Assembly: GCF_006345805.1 (NCBI RefSeq)
Contig: NC_043005.1
Location: 22,940,001 to 23,004,000, forward strand
Reading direction: 5' to 3'
DNA from: Octopus sinensis
Lineage: Eukaryota
Length of the DNA: 64,000 bases
Below the pieces are notes generated by a model that did no database searches, was not told the DNA's origin, and was given only the letters and a program-made list of their open reading frames with translations. This document shows, in pieces, positions 1 to 11,198 of the stretch. A program made the position numbers and the translations under genes. Each line of letters begins with the position of its first letter. Positions within the stretch are counted from its first letter, which is position 1.

Positions 1-149
1 TGGCCTTATGTGGTGGTAGTTCCAGCTTTGTGTTTGTAGCCAAGTCAGCTGCTGGACAATTTTTTGTGCCATGCACAAAAAGAATATATATATATATATA
101 CACACACACACATATATATACATATATATATAAATAAGAGAGATAGAGA

Positions 150-572
150 TCAACAGAATCAAGAACACATGCGTCAAGAGCAAAGGCAGCCATACTTAGA
201 AAATATGAGAAACAGAGTTCAAGAAAGAAGGAAAAATATGGAAGATGAAACACAGAATTATCTTATGATAGACAGAGCTCAAATAAGAAGATGGAATATA
301 ATGGAACAACAAAATTCTCAATTTATTATTGGTAAGATGAACATAATATGCCCGCACTGTCATGCATTTAGATTTCTGCAGGAAGCATTTAATTGCTGCC
401 ATAATGGTAGGTAGATTAGGCAAGGTTTCCTTACCTAATCTACAAAAATATCCTGACCAGTTAAAACAACTTTTGGAGAATATTGACATTGAAGGAATGA
501 ACTTTAGACAGAACATCAGAAACTATAACTAAATGTATTCATTTGCCTCATTTGGAACCAATGTTTCACCAC
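150..572 (+). mobile_element. Helitron RepHel N-terminal fragment (degenerate)
   Basis: ORF 64..414 ends in GKMNIICPHCHAFRFLQEAFNCCHNG; another frame continues KVSLPNLQKYPDQLKQLL...FRQNIRNYN*MYSFASFG, matching the CxxC-CC-GKVxLP...NIRxYN region of Helitron RepHel; frameshift and stop present. Confidence 0.8.
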
Positions 573-2149
573 CAATAGATAGATAGATACAAACATATAT
601 ATATACATTTGTGTGTGTGTGGGTGCATGTGCACCCATGTGCACACACGTAAGATTGATCGTTTGACTGACTGTAGAAGTAAAGTGATATCAATAATATT
701 AACCCTACATTATTGCTACATAGTTTATCAACCCTAGAAACATGAAAGGCTACGTCGACCTTGGCTAGATATGAACTCAGGATGCAAAATAATATATCTA
801 GATATAGCAAAATATTTTTATCTTGACTCCTCCCTTTTTGCTGCCCACCAGCTTAATTATTTTAAACAATTTCTTTTATTAATAATATTGAATTCTAATA
901 TTATTAATAACAAAGAAAATAATTTATATAGCATTATAATATCACTAAATGAAATCACTAAATCTAATTAAAATAAATTATTCATTATTTATACAAATGA
1001 AAGAATGCAAACATTTTGTTTGGCTTTGTTTAATGACGAAATAGCTAACTAATTAATAAAACTTCTAGTATATTACTTACACTTCACTGATTTCATTTTC
1101 TATTCTATTCTGCACATTTTTAAATGATTTTAAAATAGAAAAAATCCTGTATTATTTCAGTTATTCAATAGAATCTTTCTTTTTTTCCTGGACATTTTTA
1201 CAGCTAGTTATTATGTTTTGTTTTTTTCTCTATGCTTCTGTTTTAATATTTTCTATTTTGGACTTTCATTGTTATAATTTATATATATATTTTATACCAA
1301 ATATTCAGATATGACAAAAGAATTTACAGCTATTTCACAGCTTAACAGAATTTGTCTTATGTGAGGCCTGAACAATCAAGTAAAGCCTCTACATAGCTAT
1401 TCATTCTGTTCAATGTAGTAACCAAATTGACCCTCAACAAACTGCTTTCAGACTTGAAAATGGATATTGTATTGTTATATTGTTCTTTAACTGCAGGCAA
1501 CTCAGCTGAGCAAACATAATCAAAAACATTCAAAGCATGACCATCTTTCTATTTATTCTGGATTCATACGTATCCTTCTCTTTTTAAGATAATAGGTTCC
1601 CTTTTTAAAATTAGAGGAATTTTTTACATGCTATTTTTAGCAGGACATGCCACAATATATAAACTACCTTTTTCACATTCAACAACTGTTTAATGGTTTT
1701 GCATGGTGTATTCTATAATGCAAAAGAGCAAGATTTTCACATTCATTTTCAGTATTCAAATTGCAGATCACATTATACACAAAGTGACATTGTGCATTTA
1801 TAAAAAACCATAAATTCTTCATTTCAAACATCTTTGGATTACCTCCATTGCAAGAATATTACATCAACAGTTCGGAAACTCTTTTTAACCCAGAATGTTT
1901 AATCAATTCACATTGTATGTTCATAGCAGTTGGTTTTGAGTTCAATGCCACTGCATGACACCTTAAGCAAGCATCTTTTTGTGGGTAGAATCTGGGGAGA
2001 GGGAAACTATGCAGGAACCTGTCACACACGTATGCATGTGTGTTATGGTTGCATGTATAAAACTATCATGTGTCAAAAGTTATTCACAAAGTATAGTTTG
2101 ATAAATAACTAGCAGACTGAGATAAATACTGGGCCATTGTGATCAATAT

Positions 2150-2440
2150 GGAGGCACATGACCTAGAGCAGCAGACTCACAGTCAAGGGATCATGGGTTC
2201 AAATCTCAGACTGGGCGATGTGTGTGTTTATCAGCGAAATACCTAAGCTCCACACAGCTCCAGTACAAGGTAATGGCGAACTTCTGCTGACTCTTTCGCC
2301 AAAACTTTCTCTTGGTCTCTCCTCCTGCATCTAGCAGCCCACCTGAGACAGACCGGTGTCCCATCCAAGTGGGGAACCTATACGCCAATGAAATCAGGAA
2401 ACCAGCCTAGCATGGCTTGAGAAGGAACAAACAACAACAT
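2150..2440 (+). mobile_element. tRNA-derived SINE (same family as 42772..43090)
   Basis: GGAGGCACATG head, B-box-like GGTTCAAATC, body homologous to the copy at 42772, (AAC)n-like tail. Confidence 0.7.
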
Positions 2441-2909
2441 GGTCAATATGACCAACTAATGATTCAATATGGTCAAATCAAAATAATTGAAACAAGTAAA
2501 ATAAAACTATCTTCTTTCTATTTCTTTGTACATCCATCAATGACTTCAATGTCCAGTCTGCTTCTCAACTCACTTCTACTTAATCTATCTCTTAAACTGA
2601 CATTGCACATTCACTAGATTAGCTTTATTACATTTTCAAAAGCTAACATATATTATTCTAAGGAAGACTATTAATGTCCAAGATTCTTTGAGGTTCTTCT
2701 CATCTGACAGATAAAGGTAGTTTAGTGGGTTTGATGAAGATGATATTCAGTTTGTTTCCTATTAAAGTTAGTTTAATCAAATTGTGCAACCCATATCAGT
2801 ATGGAAAATGAACATTTCAAAACATTAAACATTATATTTTACTACGTTGAACATATTTCACAACATTTCAAACAATTTTTATATTTTTGATATCAAAACA
2901 AGTCCTTAC

Positions 2910-3004
2910 TCATCTGGTATCCCAGAAATAGGTACTGGTCCAAGGAACAGTAGGACAAATGCAATCATAAAGAATCCTGCTATAAGTAATTTATTAGCAT
3001 CATC
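2910..3004 (-). CDS. SLC18B1: SLC18B1-like coding exon 9 ([31 protein letters not shown])
   Basis: ttcttacag acceptor, GA|gtaagg donor, 95 nt, phase 0 to 2. Confidence 0.9.
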
Positions 3005-3253
3005 CTGTAAGAAAAATAAATAAATACATTGATGGTGATAGTCAGCGAGGGAGAAGGATAAGGAGACCATTTTTATTGGTCCTAAGGTCTCATAAGCACA
3101 CATATAAGACACATGTAAAAGGGGATAACAGAACATGTGGAATGTGCAGACAGATGGATAGATAATGAACATAGTTGCAAAGGAAAAACATAATACAAGT
3201 TTAAAATTCAGTTTATAAAACAAATAAAGACAACTCTTGTATGTATATATGTG

Positions 3254-3285
<32 letters not shown>

Positions 3286-3332
3286 ATATATATACATACA
3301 TACACACACACACACACCACACACACACACAC

Positions 3333-3427
<95 letters not shown>

Positions 3428-3762
3428 TATATATACGCGCACACACACACATGCACACAACATATATATATATTGTTGTATTTCAGGGTGGTCATTATAT
3501 TTATTACTTTTTTTTTCAAATAAACACACACACACACACAATATTTTTTTCTTCACTTGTTTATTACTGTTATTTTATTGCTTTACTGCCTGGCATTAAA
3601 ATAATAAAATAACAGTAATAAACAAGTGAAGAAAAAAATATTGTGTGTGTGTGTGTTTATTTGGCAAAAAAAATTAAATAATAAATAAAATGATCATCCC
3701 GAAATACAAGAATATCTGTTTCAACACATGATTTCACATCCAGAATCTTGCAAAACAAATTG

Positions 3763-3798
<36 letters not shown>

Positions 3799-3813
3799 CA
3801 CACACACACACAC

Positions 3814-3854
<41 letters not shown>

Positions 3855-3883
3855 CACACACACATATATATATATATACACAT

Positions 3884-3931
<48 letters not shown>

Positions 3932-4819
3932 TATATCATCATCATTATCGTTTAATGTCCGCTTTCCACACTAGCATGGGTTGGATGGTTTGACTGAGGG
4001 CTGGCGAACCAGATGGCTGCACCAGGCTCCAGTCTTGATCTGGCAGAGTTTCTACAGATAGATGCCCTTCCTAACGCCAACCACTCCAAGAGTGTAGTGG
4101 GTGCTTTTACATGTCACCAGCACGGGAGCCATTCAGGCGGTACTGGCAATGACCTCGCTCGAATCTTTTTACACATGTCACTGGCACAGGTGCCAGTAAG
4201 GCGATGCTGGTAACGATCCCGCTCGAATGGTGCCTTTTACATGCCACTGGCACGGAAGCCAGTTAGCCGACCTGGCAACGATCATGCTCAGATGGTGCTC
4301 TTAGCACCCTACTAGCACAGGGCACAAGTGCCAGTAAGGCGACGCTGGTAACGATCACACTCGAATGGTGCTTTTTATGTGCCACTGGCACAGTAGCTGG
4401 ATAGCCGCTCTGTCAACTATCACTCTCATATGGTGCTCTTTGCCATCATCGAATTTTACTTTGATTTTGATTTCACCTGCCTCAACAGGTCTTTGCAAGC
4501 AGCGTTTAGTGTCCAAAGTAGGAAAATGTATGCACAAGTCGGCTGGTTATGACCCTGGCATAGGCCATGAGGTTATGGTCGCATTTGGCTTGCCGGGTCT
4601 TCTCAAGCACAGCATGTTTCCAAAGATCTAGGTCATTAGTCATTTCCTTGGTGAGGCCTAAAGTTTGAAGGTCGTGCTTCACCACTTCATCCCAGGTCTT
4701 CCTGGGTCTACCTCTTCAAAAGGTTCTCTCAACCACTAGGATGTGGCACTTTTTCCCACAGCTATCCTCAACTATTCTCGCCACATGTCCATACCAGTGC
4801 AGTCGTCTCTCTTGCACAC

Positions 4820-4864
<45 letters not shown>

Positions 4865-5008
4865 AACACATACACACACACATATATATACACACACACA
4901 CACACATATATATAATTTACAAGATAAGGGCAAAAGAAAAATTCTAATGCCAAATATGCCGAAACAAAAATTGTCAATGACCATTATAATTTATGTGTCT
5001 CGAAACAC

Positions 5009-5041
<33 letters not shown>

Positions 5042-7590
5042 TACACATATATATGTATATACAGTGTAGCCAAGTATAATCTTATAGATTAAAGCGGATG
5101 CATTTTTGTATATGTTTGTATAAGTGTAAAGGAATCTCTGTATTTTCTATAACTATTTAGTATATGGTTGGTCATTGTGACCATTTAGCATTGACCTAGT
5201 TTTCTTGCTACAAAATCTAATTGCCAAATAGGAGTAAAGTCTAAGACAATATAATCCCCTTTCCACTTTAATTTTCTTTAGGAATAACTTCTGAAGTTTA
5301 TTTCACCCCTACCTACTTCTATAAATAGAAAATCTCTTTTGTCTCCATTCAACAGAAGATCCCTCCCTACTTTCTAGCAGTTCAAAATAACTTAAAGAAT
5401 ATTCTTCAGTCAGAAGATAAATTCTAATACCTTAATGTTCTTAACATTCAAATGAACATCTGTCTATATATCTACCCTCTTTATAATGTTATCAATTAAC
5501 ATGAAAATACGTATATGTATTGATGGAGAACCTCTATTAATGGCTGATGATTGCTCAACATTTTAAAACTGTTGTAATACTTACAATGTTTAATAAAATG
5601 ATGTAGCGTGAAACGATCGTACCAAATTACCAAAGATATTCTTGTTGCTTATTTTGATTATAATCACCCCATGGATTTATATGGATAACACCATACAAAA
5701 TTCTGGTGCATCTAATTTAAGTACCACATTCATTTGAATCTAAATTTTGCTGAATATATATATATTATTTGGACCTTTGGTATATGGCTAGAAGTATACC
5801 AATTAAAGCACTGTTACCATTCAGGCTACCTGATATCATCCATAGTTATGATATAACTGTCAATGGATCTACGTCAGGAATTTCACAGTGTTTGTTGAGT
5901 TTATAATGAATGAGGGAAATGGAAATGGAGTGTACAAGAATCTTTATGCAACACAACAATGATTTCGACCCATCCTACATCTGTCCATTGCAGATGGGAT
6001 ATTGTACAGCTAGGTGTTGCACCCACCAGTGCAGAATGCATCCCATTTTAAATTAGCTATTTTGCTAAATATACTTGGTTTCACTTGGCATGTTGTGGTC
6101 ACCAGTAGGTTGTTGGCTATAGTAATAGAGGATGGATACAATTTCTAGGTTATAACTGGTAAATGGGTCTGGCTATAGCTCACAGTGAATACACACCATA
6201 GGGTAAAGTAATAAAAGATAGAGAATAAAATAGCTAGATGACCTGAGCTGGAAAGCCCTTCATCATACATCTTTTCAATAAATGCTGACCTAGGATTAAA
6301 CAGCAACCACAACATATTATATTCAAATATTTATTTACCATCATTTTAACAAGATTGGTAAAATATGACATAGTAACACATGGGAGAATAAGTTACAGAA
6401 CAATAATAAGGTACAATTAATTGTAATAAAATATGAAGAGATGTATCAACTTACCACTCTGTCTGAGAGTTTACCCCAGAAAGGTGAAGCAATAGCATAC
6501 GTCACAGATATTAGAAGAAACACAAGACCAACAAGTGAACCACTTAATGAGAACTGAAACAAACAGAAGTACAGATATCAATGAATGTGTGTGTGTGTGT
6601 GTGTGTGTGTGTTAGTAAGTAAAACCTTATACACATATATGTAGATCTCTAATACTTATTACTAATCTATGATTTTCATTCTGGGCTCTCATGGCCAAGA
6701 AAAAAGAAAAATATAAAGAAAATATTAAACTATCTATTAAATTATATTTAGTATTTAGCCACTAAAGCTGCTTGCAGTAGATCTCCTTTGTTATCGTTTG
6801 GTTTGGGTTTTGATGTGGACAACACTTTTCATATCCCACCAAAGAGATAACAATACCTTACATGGGTGAAAACTTTTTTTAGCCTGGGGTGCCAGTGTTT
6901 CTCCTTTCCTTACCCAATGTCTTCGGTGCTTGACATTTTTATAGAGAACCCATTTCTCATCACCAGTCACTATTCAGTCTAAAAAAGGTTCATTCTTGAG
7001 ATGTGATAGCAAAGAAGAACATACATTCACTCTCTGCATGCGATTAACCTCAGAAAGTTTGAGGAACCTATTGACCCAATTTGCTTTTCCAATGGCACGC
7101 TGATATCGATGACTGGTTGAATGAACAAATCAAAGCTTCTCTGCTAGTTCCTCAACAGTTATGATGAGATTTTGTTCCACCAGGGTTTGCAGGATATTCT
7201 CGCTGAGCTCTACAGATCTTCTAAGATGAGGCTCATTGTGGAGGCTGTAGATTCCGGTTTGGAATTTCTGGAGCCACTGTTGACATTGGCTTATGCTTAC
7301 TGTCCAGTCCCCATATACTACATTAATATTCCTCACACTTTCCATTGTGTTGTTGCCTTTATTGAACTCATAAAGCAAACTATGCCAAATATGCTCCTTT
7401 GTCACTTCCATTATAGCTTTGAAAAAAATAACTGTTACAATTGATCTGCATTCTTCAAAACTTGCACTAAAAATAAGGTGAAGGTAAAATTACAACCTGC
7501 TTTTATAGCCAGTTGATGCAGGTAGTTTATCCCATCCCTCTCTGGCTTTTAGTTCATGCAATTGAAAAACCCACATTATTTATGGAATGA

Positions 7591-7626
<36 letters not shown>

Positions 7627-10600
7627 TTTATAAGGAGATTTTGACAGTGACATCAAAGTTTTGATGGGTTATTATTTGCCTCAATAAATTTCATCTAACC
7701 CATGCAAGCATGGAAAATTGGATGTAAAATCATTGCTAAATGCTACTGCAGATGATAGTGATATGAATGTAATTTTGTGTGTATGTGTGTGTCTGTGTAT
7801 ACCTAGTATTTTTTTTCTTTTTTGAAAATATGAGAGAAAGTTAATGTAGTGAATTAAATCAAGATTCAAACACAGATTTAAGCTTAATGCTTAATATGTC
7901 TTAATAATTCTATTAAATATATATACTAACATATTTTATATCTGTGATTTTATTTATGTCTATAGTGCATATTCTTGGATCTGAGTGTATGTGTGTGTGT
8001 GCTAGCATGAGTTTGCTTGTTTGTGTTTCGATGTGCATGTTTTATGTGTGTGTGTTTAGTTACTTTGTCTAAATTTTGGCTTTTTAAGAAGTATAGTTTT
8101 CAGACTATTTCAAGTTAATGTATCTGCTACAAATAGAAATACTTACTTACCATACGTAAATGTGGTTCAAGTATTGGATCTAAGCCTGCCCAGACTGTTG
8201 ATGACATGAAGATTACAAAACACATTACTAATAACATTGGAGACTTTAATAATGGCCTCATAATATTCTTCTTCTGTTCAACTTTCCAGTCTGAAAACAA
8301 CAAAAATGCAAAGTGATGACTTTATATATTAACACACCTAAGACTATTCAATTTCCTTTGATATAAATTTAAATTGGAATACAACCAAATACTAACTTAA
8401 TTATAGAGAAGTTAGACATTTCTATAAATCTCTCTAAATTCTTGATTATTTTAACCCTTTAGTGTTTAAACTAACTCTGTCTGACCCAAACAGCCTAACT
8501 GTACCATATTCAAAATAGCTAAATCTGGCCTCTTATCCCTACTTTACAACATCATTCTAAAAATAAACAACCACATCATTGAAATCTAGAAGCTAAGAGA
8601 TAATACATTATTAATTTCAAAACAATGTGAATAAATAAGCATTAAATTTAACAGAATAGTCTGAATGTTAAAGGGTTAAAGCTTACAACAGCCTTCATTG
8701 TGTTGGTAACATGGTAAAATGTACCCAGTATACCCTATAAGGTGGCTGGTGTAAGGAAAGGTATCCAGCCATGGAAACCATGCCAAAACAAAATATCAGT
8801 GAAGTGTGGCTCCCAGACATACCCCAAATAAGAACTAACTTAGACTGTGACAACAGATGCAAAATGAAGATGATGGTAATGAAACACATGTATTCATTTG
8901 AAACAATGTCAAGAATAGGTTAATTATGTGATCTACATTCATTTTTATATGTCAAAATTGGACAGGTTTATTTGTTGGAACAATTGCTTTTTTATTGTTT
9001 TTATTATTTCTTGTTTTCACATGATAATTTTCTGGATTTTACCTTTAGAGTCTAAATTTACAAAATTTATATTTATTCTATGTTTAACCCTTTCGTTACC
9101 AAACTGCCCAAAGCCGCCCGAAAAAAAATTTTGGTTAATGTGACCAAACCGCCCAAACCCGCCCGTATTTACCTATTCATATTTAAATGAGAATATCAGA
9201 ACAAATCTCTTTTGTACATTCATGAAAAGACATATTATACTTCATAAACAGTTCATCTACAGTTTTGTACAATAATCGAAGTGTAATTTTAATTCCGTGA
9301 ATTTTGGGAGATTTTTTTCCGAAATTTGTTCCTATTGTGTTTTCAAAATTTGTAATTCTGACAAAAAATGGATACGAATTTCATTATATCAAGCAGCGAG
9401 TCAGAATTCGAAGGATTTTCTACTGAAGACCTTCATAAATCTAACTCTATGACTGAAAAAAAAAAGCATGTGGTATTTGACAATGAATCTGATGTTTCAT
9501 TTTCCGAAAGTGAAAACAGTGAATCCAAGAGCTCCGACAGCGATAAAGAAAATGAATTGGCACCTGAATGGAGTGAAAATTTAAAAACTGTTTCTTTCGG
9601 TGATTTTTCTGAAGAAACTGGACCAAGCCACAGACTTTCCCAGGAGAGTAAAGCCTTAGACTATTTCTTTTCACTTTTTCGAATGAGCCTATTTGAAATC
9701 ATTACGGCAGAAACGAACCGTTACGCTAAATGTAAACAAAGCGAAAGAAAGGATAGTTAGTGGTTTCCCATAACCTTAAATGAAATATTATTATGGGTAT
9801 CAGAAAGTTACCCAGAATAACAAATTCTATCATAAAATTTTGTTGTATACCCAATTGAATATTAGCTAATAACCCATTTTCTATAGTGATGTTTGAACAA
9901 AATTTTAATAATTTTATATTTTGTTGAATTTACCTGTATCTACCTGCAATTAGAGTCACTTTGTGACAAAAATTATAGTATAGAATTGGTTTAGAACATT
10001 TCATTAAATTATCTTCCAAAAATCAGATTAATATATTGATAAATAAAAAAGTTATAGTTGTTTAATAAAACCAGACTAAATTTATGATTATGTTAGAAAT
10101 TAATTGAAACACTTAAGGGGTGTATTTTGGTCAGAAATATAGTAACGAAAGGGTTAAATTGATTCAGTTTCTTATCATCATAACATAAACTCTTCAAATT
10201 GGGAATTTTGTTTATTTCTAAATGTAGAATGTTAATATTTTGCCCACTAAGTCACTGGATGAAATTTGATGCTGATTGAAATGTGTGTGTGTATTTGTAT
10301 ATATAGGAAACAGCATATTCAAAACACAATTATATTCTAATATGATCTTTTTTATTAAAGCTTTCTCATATCTGCATATCAGACCCTTATAGTTCATTTG
10401 GGACAACAAAACCCCTAAGTTCATCTTTATTGCCAATGTTTCCAGACTAGCTCAACTTCATCATCAGGAGGTGCAGTAATTTTAACTTTTGTGGTATATA
10501 TATGTATATAAAAAATTAATAATATCAAAGGGTAATCTGGAATATTATAAATTTCCATTACCAGTGGCCTAGCATGTAAAAATTTAGTCAATAGACTATA

Positions 10601-11052
10601 TATTATTCATATAAATACAGTGTATATTTAAACACATACCTCTTATGTGTTTAAATGTACACTGTATTTATATGAATAATATATTGTATATTGACTAAAT
10701 TTTTACACGATAAGACACTGGTAATGGAAATTTGTAATATTCCAGATTACCTTTTGATACTATTAATTATTGATAATTTTCTGGATAATTTTCGAAATGA
10801 AAAAGCTGGCATGTTTATTTACTGCCAACAGGTAGCTGCGCTTGTGCAGTAGATTTGAAAAATTAGAATGTATCAGCATGGGGCATATACTGGATTGCCT
10901 CGTGTATATATATTTAATCTAAGGTGCACCTGCTAAAGAAGGCTTCACCTAGCAAATTATTTTATTTGCTAAAAAAATCTGAAACCATTGGTCCAGGAGT
11001 TAGTGCAAGTAGTCCTATGATGGCTACCTCTTATGTGTTTAAATGTACACTG

Positions 11053-11102
<50 letters not shown>

Positions 11103-11167
11103 TATGTATGTATGCATGTATATATATGTGTGTGTGCATGTTATATACACACATATATATGATGATG

Positions 11168-11198
<31 letters not shown>

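Noticed and set aside
2906-3556. 216-aa ORF as a single gene
   Set aside because: Only 2910-3004 is exon; the rest is intron and microsatellite.
3237-3993. Many ORFs rich in YI/HT/CV repeats (also near 4.7, 11, 37-39, 47.3 and 54.7 kb)
   Set aside because: Translations of (TA)n, (CA)n and (CATA)n microsatellites, not genes.
10428-10470. Minus-strand CTGATGA-T...GAAACATTGG hammerhead-like remnant
   Set aside because: Stem II does not pair and the cleavage triplet is lost; at best a dead relic.
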